From an uncultured Poribacteria bacterium (GTDB taxonomy: Bacteria; Poribacteria; WGA-4E; WGA-3G): a DNA stretch of 64,000 nucleotides. The stretch covers positions 3,360,001 to 3,424,000 of the forward strand of contig CATQHZ020000001.1 of assembly GCA_958296135.2 (NCBI GenBank). The letters are read 5' to 3'. A model generated the notes under the pieces. That model saw only the letters and a list, made by a program, of their open reading frames with translations, did no database searches and had not been told where the DNA came from. How positions within the stretch are numbered: the first letter of the stretch is position 1; every line of letters begins with the position of its first letter. This document shows, in pieces, positions 20,245 through 29,692 of this stretch. A program made the position numbers and the translations under genes.

Positions 20245-21405
20245 ATGAGACAACACTGGATTTTTGACAAGGCGAGGGACAGGCCCTCGCGCTACGGTTA
20301 CCCTTTACTCATACTTTTCACAGTTGCACTGCTTTTTCCTGCGAGGCTCTGGGCAGGGCCGGGCCGGACCGGGGCGCAAATCCTGAATCTCGGCGGGGGC
20401 GCGCGGGCGAGAGCCCTCGGGGATGCTTTCTCCGCTGTCTCCGGCGATGTCACGACATCGCTGTGGAACCCGAGCGGCATCGCACAGATGCCGGAGAGCA
20501 AACTTCGCTCCGGCCAGAGCGCGGCGCAAGCGTCTATGTTTTACACCGACTACAGCGCGCCGTTCGGTGAGGCAGGCGAAGGTTTATACTACACCTTTCT
20601 CTCCGGCGCAATGCCCCTCGGCGATGTCGGCACCCTCGGTGCGACGCTCCAACTGCAAGGACAAGGCACGATTGCCGTGACTACCGATTCGCCCGATGTC
20701 GTCCGTGAGGAGAGCCTCGGCACGAACTGGGCATTGACGTTCTCTTACGCCGACAGGATTACCGAAAGCCTGGCAGCCGGAATTAGCGGCAAAATGATTC
20801 GGATGGTACTCGGCAGAGAAAGCGGGAGCTCTTACGCTGTCGACCTGGGGATGCAGTACCTACTGCCGCTTGATATCATGCCGATAACCGTCGGCGCAGC
20901 GATTCAGAACATCGGCCCCGGCATCTCGTTCATCGATGAGAATCAGGCGGATCCGTTGCCCCGCCTGCTCCGCCTCGGCACCTCTATTAGTCTTTTCCGC
21001 GCGAAGTACCACCACATCCGTTTCGTGAGCGGTATCACGGCGTACATTGATAAACTGGCAGAGAATGAAGATGAACTCGCCGCAGATTTAGAACGGTTGA
21101 ACGCAGAGCGCGCGGACAAACTGACCCGAGAGCAACTGCTCTCCGACCGGGGTGTCGGTATCCGCGCGTTTGAGTGGCGGCACCTTCAAAAGAACCTCGG
21201 CTTAGAATACTGGCTCGGCAACCTGTTGGCACTCCGCGTCGGTTACAAGGCGGAACCCGGCATTAACGTGCCAGATTTGGCGGACTATTTTACCTACGGC
21301 ATCGGTGTCCAGGTCTACCTTTTTAATCTGGATTTAACTTATGGCCCACGCTTCGGTCCGAGTCGCGAACGGCTCATTGAGGCAACAGGAATAGTGGTTT
21401 TTTAG
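20245..21405 (+). CDS. PorV/PorQ (UPF0164/FadL-like) outer-membrane barrel
   Basis: GAQILNLGGGARARALGDAFSAVSGD...WNPSGIA, C-terminal Phe. Confidence 0.8.
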   Translation: MRQHWIFDKARDRPSRYGYPLLILFTVALLFPARLWAGPGRTGAQILNLGGGARARALGDAFSAVSGDVTTSLWNPSGIAQMPESKLRSGQSAAQASMFYTDYSAPFGEAGEGLYYTFLSGAMPLGDVGTLGATLQLQGQGTIAVTTDSPDVVREESLGTNWALTFSYADRITESLAAGISGKMIRMVLGRESGSSYAVDLGMQYLLPLDIMPITVGAAIQNIGPGISFIDENQADPLPRLLRLGTSISLFRAKYHHIRFVSGITAYIDKLAENEDELAADLERLNAERADKLTREQLLSDRGVGIRAFEWRHLQKNLGLEYWLGNLLALRVGYKAEPGINVPDLADYFTYGIGVQVYLFNLDLTYGPRFGPSRERLIEATGIVVF

Positions 21406-21467
21406 TACCTGAAAAGGATCGCATCCGATAAAGGAACGTTAGGTCCTTAATGTCTATAGAGGTGAAT

Positions 21468-22280
21468 ATGAAAATCCACACGCAAATTGTGGTTCTTGCG
21501 ATAGCGTTCTGTTTTTTGTCGGGTATCTGCTTCGCAGAAGCATGGCGAAAGACGGGCCCCCACTCTACGGTGAAAGAAGTCGGAGAAGCAAGGAAAGGGG
21601 AGGTAAATCCTCTCAACGGTTTCTACCTTGAGTCTGCGCTTGGAAATCGGACGTTGGAAGCTGAGGACGCGGCGACACCGCTGAAATCGCCGAACGAGGC
21701 GTTTCTGTATTCGTTCGTTTTACCGGGCGCGGGGCAATTTTATACCGGCGCGAAACGCGGGTATCTCTACGCCGCCGCGGAGGTGGGATTGCTCGCAACC
21801 TATTTTATTCTGCGCAACACTGCCGCAAATACGCGCGATGAGTATCGCGATGTCGTGAGGCAACACGTTATTTTTGACGGACCCGGGTCTTTTGATAACT
21901 GGGATCTGGTTGAGGATTTTGAGCACGCGACGCAATACGAAAATTGGAACCACGTCTACGATTCTGAAGAGACACGTGTGCGGACAGGCAAGTGGTATTG
22001 GGAAGACGCGCGCCCTTTTAAAGACGAGGAAGACATCGCCATCGATTTTGACTCGCGATACCGATTGGACGCATTCGATCTGCGGCAACGGGCGAACGAT
22101 ACGTTTGAACTCGCACGCACCTTCCTCGGTTTAGCGATTTTGAACCACGTTGTCAGCGCAATTGATGCACGCATCACGGCGAAAAATTGGAACCGAAAGC
22201 AGGCGCGCACGAACGCGGTGGAGATAGACGTGCAGGCGAGCGCAATGAAAAGCGCGGTGTTGGTGCGGAAATGGTTCTAG
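21468..22280 (+). CDS. Hypothetical exported/outer-membrane protein (DUF5683-like)
   Basis: Signal peptide, KSPNEAFLYSFVLPGAGQFY, NHVVSAIDA, C-terminal WF. Confidence 0.65.
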   Translation: MKIHTQIVVLAIAFCFLSGICFAEAWRKTGPHSTVKEVGEARKGEVNPLNGFYLESALGNRTLEAEDAATPLKSPNEAFLYSFVLPGAGQFYTGAKRGYLYAAAEVGLLATYFILRNTAANTRDEYRDVVRQHVIFDGPGSFDNWDLVEDFEHATQYENWNHVYDSEETRVRTGKWYWEDARPFKDEEDIAIDFDSRYRLDAFDLRQRANDTFELARTFLGLAILNHVVSAIDARITAKNWNRKQARTNAVEIDVQASAMKSAVLVRKWF

Positions 22281-22347
22281 TTAGGTTCGTAGGTTGAGGG
22301 CCTGTCCCTCAACAAGTTACCCATGAAAAACAAGGACGGATACAAAA

Positions 22348-23286
22348 ATGTCCATCAAGCCCTCAAAACTTTCAGACGCTTTAAATTCGGTTACGGCGAT
22401 TCCTATCATCCCTTTCAGTGGGGACAAGATCGACTACGCAGGGCACGCGAAAAACGTTGACTATTTAATGCGTAACAACTATCTTGACGAAGGGCGGCCC
22501 CGCGTCATCGCCCTCGCGGGCACAAGCCTGATTCATCACATCAGTGAAACCGAGCAGCTCCGCCTCATTGAAAAGACAGGGCGGCAGATAGGAAGTGAGG
22601 GGCTCCTCATCTCCGGCATTGTGCCAAACCCGATTTACCAAGCGGGGCAGCTTATTGAGGCGCAGGCAGAACTCCCTCGGCCGCCGGATGCGTATCTGCT
22701 GATGCCTTTAACAGGGATATCCAGTCCCGAAGGTATCTATGAGCAGTATATGAAATTCGGTGAGCGGTATGGGAATTCGTGTGGGGCGCGGTTCCTCTAC
22801 TATTTCCGGCAGCAGCGCGACATGTCCGCCGTTATCCGATTGCTGAAGGATTCGCCGCATTTTATCGGTGTGAAAATCGGCACGGGTGAAGAGGATGTAA
22901 CACCTCTCGTTGAGGGTATCGGTGATAACGGCATCGTGATGTGGGGCATCGGCGACAGATGCACGCGCCCGGCGCAGCTCGGGACGAAAGGACACACCTC
23001 CGGCATTGCAGTCGCGTTTGCGCGTGCATCGGATGAAATCAACAACGCGCAACGCCGCGGGGATTACGCGACCTCGGCGCGCATCGAGGCAGACCTCGAG
23101 CCGCTTGAGGAAATTCGTTTCATCAACGAACGCATCTACAACTATTCGGCAGTGGTGGAGGCGATGATTTTAAGCGAGTTTAGCGATATTGCGGGTGGCA
23201 CCGGCGGCCCGTTTAATCCGCGGGTGCCATCGGATATTCAGGAGCAGGTTCGCGCGGCGACGCGAATTTTGAAGAAGTATCATTAG
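22348..23286 (+). CDS. Dihydrodipicolinate synthase-family aldolase/dehydratase
   Basis: AIPIIPFS..IDY, FLYYFR, FIGVKIG (Schiff-base Lys). Confidence 0.78.
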   Translation: MSIKPSKLSDALNSVTAIPIIPFSGDKIDYAGHAKNVDYLMRNNYLDEGRPRVIALAGTSLIHHISETEQLRLIEKTGRQIGSEGLLISGIVPNPIYQAGQLIEAQAELPRPPDAYLLMPLTGISSPEGIYEQYMKFGERYGNSCGARFLYYFRQQRDMSAVIRLLKDSPHFIGVKIGTGEEDVTPLVEGIGDNGIVMWGIGDRCTRPAQLGTKGHTSGIAVAFARASDEINNAQRRGDYATSARIEADLEPLEEIRFINERIYNYSAVVEAMILSEFSDIAGGTGGPFNPRVPSDIQEQVRAATRILKKYH

Positions 23287-23383
23287 GAGGCGTTGACAGA
23301 TTCGGCATTTGCCTTGCACCTCGCTGAGAAATCGTGTACACTCAATGCAGCGGTTAAAACCAATGCATCGGAGGGATTTCATC

Positions 23384-23989
23384 ATGCCGTATAGCCATTT
23401 TACGCTAGATACAGTGCGGGACGCATTTCAATTAGAAAGGGTTAACGCCCGGGGTATCTTTGCTGATGTTGAACCTATGAAGCCCAGTGAACTTCTCACC
23501 GCCGTGTTGGAGCGAAGTGTGCCTTTAGCCACCGCTATCGGTACCGAGAAGGCAAAATCCGAAATGATTGTCGCCCAGGTGCTCATTGAACTCGGCGAAC
23601 TTTTAGAAAACCGCGTCAGCCTTTTTTCAGGGATTGACTTCAACGTTGATAAAGATGTCGGCTTGACAGGTGTGGCTGATTTTTTGATTAGTCTATCTCC
23701 GTGGCAATTTTCTTTGGAAGCCCCCGTCATTATCCTTGTTGAGGCGAAGGACGATGACTTGGAAATTGGCCTCGGACAATGTGTCGCAGAGATGGTGGCT
23801 GCCCAACGTTTTAACGCCACGAAAGGGAATAACATCCCCCGAGTTTATGGGGCCACCACGACAGGCGTAATGTGGCGGTTCCTCAAATTGGAGGGCCGGA
23901 CATTCCACGTTGACATGGTGCCTTATCCGCTCGTGCCGTGTGATAAAATCCTCGGCATCCTCGCGAGTATGGTGGCACAAAAGGTGTGA
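23384..23989 (+). CDS. PD-(D/E)xK-like hypothetical protein
   Basis: MPYSHFTL..., GVADFLIS, IILVEAK, GLGQCVAEM, YGATTTGVMWRFLKL. Start at ATG 23384. Confidence 0.7.
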   Translation: MPYSHFTLDTVRDAFQLERVNARGIFADVEPMKPSELLTAVLERSVPLATAIGTEKAKSEMIVAQVLIELGELLENRVSLFSGIDFNVDKDVGLTGVADFLISLSPWQFSLEAPVIILVEAKDDDLEIGLGQCVAEMVAAQRFNATKGNNIPRVYGATTTGVMWRFLKLEGRTFHVDMVPYPLVPCDKILGILASMVAQKV

Positions 23990-24014
23990 GACGACGAACT
24001 AGGAGGAAATTTTC

Positions 24015-25754
24015 ATGTCCTACGATAGCTTAACCTTACGTCTTGTTGCAGAAGAACTGCGCGAAACGCTTTTGGGCGGCACCTTCAGGCATATTGAACA
24101 AGCAAACCCGACAACCTTTTCGTTCAAGGTTGTTCGCGGGGTTGATACGCGCTGGCTGACAATCTCCGCGCATTCGGTGCACGCGCGCGCGCATCTCATC
24201 AACCGGCCACCGCCCGGACAGAAGCAGTCCTATCTCGCCGATTTTCTCACAACGCACCTCAGGCGTGGCATTATCACCGCAATCGAACAACTCGGCTGGG
24301 ATCGGATTCTGAAAATCACTGTCCAACCCGTATCCGATGAACCCATTCAGCCATCGCCGAAGGCGCTCATCGCGGAATTTATGGGGAAGCATAGCAACAT
24401 TATCCTCATAGATGCAATGGACGACAGAATCTTGGAGAGCCTCAAGCATATTGACGAAACGCAAAGCCGGCACCGGGAAGTCTTGCCAGGGGAAACCTAC
24501 TGTTTGCCGCCGCAACAAGAGAAGGCAAATCCATTGGCACTCGATAATGCAGGGTTTACTGCCATCGTTGAAAGTCTCCCACAGGTAACTTGGCGCGGGC
24601 TGTTTAACAACATCGATGGACTCAGTCCGACACTCGCCAAGGAGATTGTCGCGCGGGCAGAAAAGATGCCGCCCTGGGAAGCGTATCAGCAGGTCATCGC
24701 CTATCTTGACGCGGCGCGCGTTGCCCCGCAACTGCTCCTTGATGAAACCACACCGATTGCCGTCTCTCCACTGCCGCTGCACCAATGGCCCAATGCTATC
24801 TGCCAAACGTTTGACACGATGAGCGCGGCACTCTGTGCCTATTACGAAGCGATTACTTTGAAAGAGACAATGGCATCGGAGCGGCGCACGCTCACGCAAG
24901 CGTTGGATAAACAGCAAAACCAGCTGCAACGAAAAACGAAAGGGCTGCAGACAGATTTAGCCCGCGCCGAAAAATCGGAGGATTACCGCATTCAAGGCGA
25001 ACTCCTCCTCGCGAATTTGCACAACATCACCCGAGGACAAACGGAAGCAACGTTGCAAAACTACTACAGTCCGGCATTGGAGACACTCTCGATTCCGCTG
25101 AATCCGGAGCAGAGCCCCTCCGACAATGCACAGGCGTACTTCAAGAAATATACGAAAGCGAAACGCGGACGGACGCGCATCCTCCAACTCATCGCAGAAC
25201 TGGAGGCAGAAGAGAAAGTGCTGCAGCTGTACGCCGCCCAACTGGAAGCGGCGGCGACGCTAGACGCACTGCAGCAAATTCGCACGGCGTTCATCGCGAA
25301 CGGGTATCTCAAGGCGCATCAGCGGAAAAAGCAGAAACAGCCGGTAAGCGAAGGACCCTTCCGAAAATACACCTCCGCGAACGGGTTTCAGATGTATGTC
25401 GGCAGGAACAGCCAGTCAAACGATTTGCTTCTGCGCCAGATTGCGAAACCGCGTGATATGTGGCTGCACGCGAAGCAAATCCACGGCTCGCATGTCATCA
25501 TCCGAAACCCGGAAAACCGCCCGGATATTCCGATGCCGACGTTGTTGCAAGCGGCGCAACTCGCCGCCTATTACAGCAAAGCGCACCACGCGAGTTATGT
25601 CCCAGTGGACTACACATGGGCGCGGTATGTGGTGAAGCGGAAGGGGAACGTCGCGGGGTATGTCCATTATACACATGAGAAGACGTTGTATGTGGAACCG
25701 GCACTGCCATCGTCAAAAGAAGATGAGACGAAACGCAATAATAGGACCCGGTAG
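24015..25754 (+). CDS. rqcH: NFACT/Rqc2 family ribosome quality control protein (FbpA-like)
   Basis: WDRIL, EFMGKHSNIIL, NAQAYFKKYTKAKR, VGRNSQSND, WLHAKQIHGSHVII, AAYYSKA. Confidence 0.9.
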   Translation: MSYDSLTLRLVAEELRETLLGGTFRHIEQANPTTFSFKVVRGVDTRWLTISAHSVHARAHLINRPPPGQKQSYLADFLTTHLRRGIITAIEQLGWDRILKITVQPVSDEPIQPSPKALIAEFMGKHSNIILIDAMDDRILESLKHIDETQSRHREVLPGETYCLPPQQEKANPLALDNAGFTAIVESLPQVTWRGLFNNIDGLSPTLAKEIVARAEKMPPWEAYQQVIAYLDAARVAPQLLLDETTPIAVSPLPLHQWPNAICQTFDTMSAALCAYYEAITLKETMASERRTLTQALDKQQNQLQRKTKGLQTDLARAEKSEDYRIQGELLLANLHNITRGQTEATLQNYYSPALETLSIPLNPEQSPSDNAQAYFKKYTKAKRGRTRILQLIAELEAEEKVLQLYAAQLEAAATLDALQQIRTAFIANGYLKAHQRKKQKQPVSEGPFRKYTSANGFQMYVGRNSQSNDLLLRQIAKPRDMWLHAKQIHGSHVIIRNPENRPDIPMPTLLQAAQLAAYYSKAHHASYVPVDYTWARYVVKRKGNVAGYVHYTHEKTLYVEPALPSSKEDETKRNNRTR

Positions 25755-25812
25755 ACGCAAAAACGTATAATAGAGCCCGGTAGGCGCGGTTGCAAACTGC
25801 GCTAAATTTTTG

Positions 25813-25840
25813 TTGACATCATTTGTGATTGTGTTATATT
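25813..25840 (+). promoter_or_regulatory. Putative sigma70 promoter
   Basis: TTGACA-16 bp-TATATT with an extended TG. Confidence 0.55.
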
Positions 25841-26419
25841 ATTCTCCAATTAACATAGGACAGACGCTGCAAGAACCCCGTGCTGGAACCTAACGCTGGC
25901 GCGGTCCTAGTAGGAGGCATCCATGATGAAACGATTTATTACAGCATCCCTGCTCTGCGTCCTCACGCTTTTTGGGACAGGCGCGACGCAGGCCTTAGAC
26001 GAATGGGTATTCGTTGACATTGAACCCTACGCAAACACGAAACTGGTCGACCACGAATGGTGGACGCTCGCCAAGGGGGACAGCACTTTCTCCCGCCTGC
26101 CAATCGGCGAGGTAGAGGATTTTGACGGCCCCGATAAAAAGGTCCAATTCCAGATTATTGACGGGGCCATCGTCATTTTCGGCACTAACGCGGCGAAGTG
26201 GCCGAAGGCAGTCGAAGACATCGTCGTCGATGGCAAGGCGAAGTTTATCTATTTCCTCCATGCAACCGGATGGGAACAGAACGGCGTGCCGAGTTACAAA
26301 TTCGTCATGAACTATCAGGATGGCAAAAAGGAGGACGTTCCTAGCTTCCGAAAATCGAGACACATCGTGATAAAAGCGGATTTATCGTGATAAACGCCAA
26401 CATAAGTGCTATACGAAGT

Positions 26420-26673
26420 GTTACCGTGTTGGGCTCGGTCGAGCGTGCAGTGTTATTCGGGAGACCGAATAACACCTCTTCGGCTCAGCAGATCGTGCAG
26501 TGTTTTTTGTAATAACAAAAAACACATCTTCGGAAACCGGTTTGGAAACCTTTGCAAACCTGCCTACACGAGCTGCAGCAGCGTGTATTCACGCTCGCCT
26601 ACACGCCCGCCCGCCAATGATATCACCGCCAGCGCATTGCCCATCCTAGTGATATAGGCGAAACACGGCAGAC
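26420..26673 (+). ncRNA. Candidate structured RNA upstream of tnpB
   Basis: Two 11-bp hairpins in a duplicated 50-nt module, plus long-range helices 26424-30/26662-68 and 26440-47/26590-97. Confidence 0.55.
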
Positions 26674-26684
26674 GGGAACACCTC

Positions 26685-27767
26685 ATGAAAACGCATAATA
26701 TTGCACTGCGCCCGACAACGGCACAGGTTCAACAATTTCATCAGCACGCGGGATACCGCCGATTTGTCTATAACTATGCTTTGTCCGATTTCAAAGCAGG
26801 GTTAGCTGAAGGCGAATGGCGGAATGGGCGCACGCTACGCACTCGGTTTAATGCCGTAAAAGATACGCAGTTTGACTGGCAGAAACCGCTCATCGCCCGC
26901 GTGGCATCACATGCCTTTGATGATTTTAACACGGCGTGTCAACGGTGGAAAAACAAGCTGTCCAAGTTTCCAAAGTATAAGCGGAAGTCGGGTAAGCAGT
27001 CGTTTCGCGTTGACAATAAACGCAATGCGATAAAATGTGAAGGTAAACGGCTTTACCTACCGAAGATAGGTTGGGTGCGGACGTTTGAAGCGTTGCGGTT
27101 TAAAGGTGACGTGATGCGCGTAGTGATTAAGAAGCGAGGGCATCGTTGGTTTGCATCGGTGCTCGTCGAAACCCTGTCAATGGTTTCCAAGCCCGATTTA
27201 CGTGGTTTGCCTACCGTGGGCATCGATGTCGGTATCAACACCCTCGCCACTTGCTCCGATGGACGCACTTTTGAAAACCCGCGCGCCTTGGCCCGTTTTC
27301 AACGTCAACTCCGCCGTGCGCAACGCGCCCTAAGTCGTTCAGTCTATCGCAGTCAGAATTGGTGGAAGAAGAAGGAACGTGTTGTCCGTATCCACTATCG
27401 TATCGCTTGCATCCGCGAAGACGCGCATCACAAGGCCAGCACGGCGATTGTGAAAGGTGTCTCAGCAATCGGTATAGAATCTCTGAACGTGAAAGGCATG
27501 ATGAAAAACCGCCGGCTTGCGAAGGCATTATCAGACGCGGCACTCGGTGGATTTCTCTCCAAGTTGAAGACGAAAGCACAGGCACTTGGCGTGCATATTG
27601 AGGAAGCCTCTCAGTGGTTCGCTTCATCGAAGACGTGCAGTGCTTGTGGACATAAGAAGGATACCCTCACGTTATCGGAACGTGACTATCACTGCAGCGG
27701 GTGTGGATTGCGGATAGACCGCGATTTGAACGCTGCAAGGAATTTGGAACCCTCGCCGCTGGTTTGA
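26685..27767 (+). CDS. tnpB: RNA-guided endonuclease TnpB
   Basis: HTH N-terminus (HNIALRP...AG..RFVYNYAL), RuvC D/E/D in GIDVG, IESL and DRDLNAARN, zinc finger CSAC...CSGC. Confidence 0.95.
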   Translation: MKTHNIALRPTTAQVQQFHQHAGYRRFVYNYALSDFKAGLAEGEWRNGRTLRTRFNAVKDTQFDWQKPLIARVASHAFDDFNTACQRWKNKLSKFPKYKRKSGKQSFRVDNKRNAIKCEGKRLYLPKIGWVRTFEALRFKGDVMRVVIKKRGHRWFASVLVETLSMVSKPDLRGLPTVGIDVGINTLATCSDGRTFENPRALARFQRQLRRAQRALSRSVYRSQNWWKKKERVVRIHYRIACIREDAHHKASTAIVKGVSAIGIESLNVKGMMKNRRLAKALSDAALGGFLSKLKTKAQALGVHIEEASQWFASSKTCSACGHKKDTLTLSERDYHCSGCGLRIDRDLNAARNLEPSPLV

Positions 27768-27919
27768 CGGAGAGGTAAAACGCCTGTGGAGCTCGTGTCA
27801 GACCTCAATGTAAACGCATTTCAGTGTGTTTCGGAGGCAGTGAGTGTTGAAGCAGGAACTTTAGAAATCGGACAAACTCATACGGACTTGTCCAGATATG
27901 TCTCGATTTCAGGGAACAG
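27768..27919 (+). ncRNA. TnpB omegaRNA (reRNA) scaffold
   Basis: Lies between tnpB and the right end. Contains AACGCCTGTGGAG...GTCAGACC...GGCAG...TGAAGCAGGAA, as typical of TnpB right-end RNAs. Confidence 0.75.
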
Positions 27920-28253
27920 GAACTAGAGATGATCTCCGGTTTTAACTCCGATGATTGGTGCCACGAAGGAACTGAGCTCAAGGACGATAATTCTGTCTGG
28001 GGCTGGATTAAAAAGGAAGGCCCGCCCTGTGGGCACGCCGGGCTCATTACCACGAAGTGGGAAAACCCGCGACCCGATGTCAAAATCGCGACGATAGACG
28101 CTATCTCTCTTGAATTAGGCTCCGTGCCTGTCATTCCGGCGATTACGTTAGGCGAGGCGACGCTCGCCGTAGAACCAGCGGAGAAATTGGCTATCACGTG
28201 GGGCAGTCTGAAACGCGTTCGTGATGAACTCTAGGAGTCTGTTTAACGCAAGG

Positions 28254-28294
28254 AAGCGCGAGACTGGATTTCGTTCCACGGCTCGCGCTTTTTG
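28254..28294 (+). terminator. Rho-independent terminator
   Basis: AAGCGCGAG...CTCGCGCTT stem followed by a T run. Confidence 0.6.
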
Positions 28295-28355
28295 TTTGCA
28301 TCCTTAACATGAACGGCGGGAAACCATAGAAATCTGCGCAAAACGAAAAATTTAT

Positions 28356-28384
28356 TTGCAATTGTGCCGTTTTTGTGTTAAAAT
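28356..28384 (+). promoter_or_regulatory. Putative glyA promoter
   Basis: TTGCAA-17 bp-TAAAAT with an extended TG. Confidence 0.6.
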
Positions 28385-28420
28385 TCTGTTTTCACGAATG
28401 CACGCACGGAGAAAAATGAA

Positions 28421-29692
28421 ATGAATAAATTGTTATCCGAAGTCGACCCGCAAATCGTTAAGATTGCCCAGAAGGATCTCGCACGACAACAAAACGCGCT
28501 CATGCTCATCCCATCCGAAAACTACGCGAGCCGCGCCGTGATGGAAATACAAGGAAGCATCCTCGCAAACAAATACGCCGAAGGCTACCCCGGCGAACGC
28601 TACTATAACGGATGCGAGTTCATGGACGAAGTTGAATCCCTCGCAATTGAACGAGCGAAGGCACTCTTCGATGTTGAATGCGTCAACGTCCAACCGCACG
28701 CAGGCACGCAGGCGAACATGGCGGTTTACTACGCCTTGCTTGAACCCGGCGACACGATACTCTCCATGTCCCTCAGCCACGGCGGACATCTGAGCCACGG
28801 CGATGCCGTCAATTTTTCCGGACGCTACTATAACGTCGTAACGTATGGCGTGAATGCAGAAACCGAACGGATTGACATGGACGAAGTCTCGCGACTCGCT
28901 CAGCAGCATCGGCCCAAACTCATCGTTGTCGGCGCGACAGCGTACCCGCGCCAGTTTGATTTCGCCGAGTGGCGGCGTGTTGCAGATTCCATCGGTGCCT
29001 ATCTGCTCGCGGATATTGCCCACATCGCGGGGCTCGTCGCCGGCGGCGCTCATCCGAGTCCTGTGCCTTATAGCGATGTCGTCACGACGACAACCCATAA
29101 GACACTGCGCGGGCCTCGTGGTGCCATCGTGATGTGCAAGGCAGAACATGCCGCAAAAATCGACAGGGCGGTGTTCCCAGGCTTGCAAGGCGGGCCCTTC
29201 CTGCACACCATCGCTGCGAAAGCGGTAGCGTTTAAGGAAGCAAGTGAACCGGCGTTCAAAGCGTATCAGGCGCAAATTGTCAAAAATGCGGCCGCACTCG
29301 CAGCACGGTTAACACAAAACGGTTTCAGACTCGTGAGCGGCGGAACGGAAAATCACCTCATGCTCGTCGATTTGACTTCCAAATACGAGAAATTAAGCGG
29401 GAGACAAGCCGCCGACCATTTGGAAGATGCCGGCATTATTGTGAATAAAAACAGCATTCCTTTCGATAAAAGGAAGCCGCGCACGACAAGCGGCATCCGC
29501 CTCGGCACACCGATGATAACAACACGCGGGATGAAAGAGGAACAGATGCACCTGATCGCCGACTTCATCGCGGAAACCTTGGAGAACCGGCAGAAGACAG
29601 CCATCAAACGGCGCATCCGCGAGAAAGTGGCGGAATTGTGCACGCAATTCCCGATATACGGATACCTGTCCGCCCCAAAATTGCCAGAATAG
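28421..29692 (+). CDS. glyA: Serine hydroxymethyltransferase
   Basis: [34 protein letters not shown]. Confidence 0.97.
   Translation: MNKLLSEVDPQIVKIAQKDLARQQNALMLIPSENYASRAVMEIQGSILANKYAEGYPGERYYNGCEFMDEVESLAIERAKALFDVECVNVQPHAGTQANMAVYYALLEPGDTILSMSLSHGGHLSHGDAVNFSGRYYNVVTYGVNAETERIDMDEVSRLAQQHRPKLIVVGATAYPRQFDFAEWRRVADSIGAYLLADIAHIAGLVAGGAHPSPVPYSDVVTTTTHKTLRGPRGAIVMCKAEHAAKIDRAVFPGLQGGPFLHTIAAKAVAFKEASEPAFKAYQAQIVKNAAALAARLTQNGFRLVSGGTENHLMLVDLTSKYEKLSGRQAADHLEDAGIIVNKNSIPFDKRKPRTTSGIRLGTPMITTRGMKEEQMHLIADFIAETLENRQKTAIKRRIREKVAELCTQFPIYGYLSAPKLPE

Larger units (their letters stand above)
26334..27919 (+). mobile_element. Non-autonomous IS607-like (IS200/IS605-related) TnpB element
   Basis: AGGA (GG core) at both junctions, ATCGTGATAAA direct repeats at 26364 and 26384, 11-bp inverted match between 26352-26362 and 27899-27909, tnpB present, no tnpA. 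Ends uncertain by about 2 bp. Confidence 0.85.
25923..28234 (+). pseudogene. Secreted protein gene interrupted by the TnpB element (halves 25923-26333 and 27920-28234)
   Basis: Removing 26334-27919 gives ...YQDGKKE|ELEMISGFNSDDW..., a 241-aa ORF with a signal peptide and C-terminal AVEPAEKLAITWGSLK. It may still be expressed if the insert is spliced or excised. Confidence 0.85.

Noticed and set aside
25923-26390. The 155-aa ORF and the 101-aa ORF at 27929-28234 as two independent genes
   Set aside because: They are halves of one gene. The last 18 codons of the first ORF are element sequence.
26444-26533. The two 50-nt modules upstream of tnpB as a nascent CRISPR array (Cas12 ancestor)
   Set aside because: The variable parts are self-complementary stems rather than spacers, there are only two units, and a normal omegaRNA lies downstream.
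26406-26657. 83-aa ORF as tnpA or cargo
   Set aside because: No serine-recombinase or HUH motifs. It overlaps the hairpin-rich segment.
28300-28420. Riboswitch (glycine/ZTP/THF) upstream of glyA
   Set aside because: No consensus motif is visible, and the predicted promoter leaves only a ~30-nt leader.
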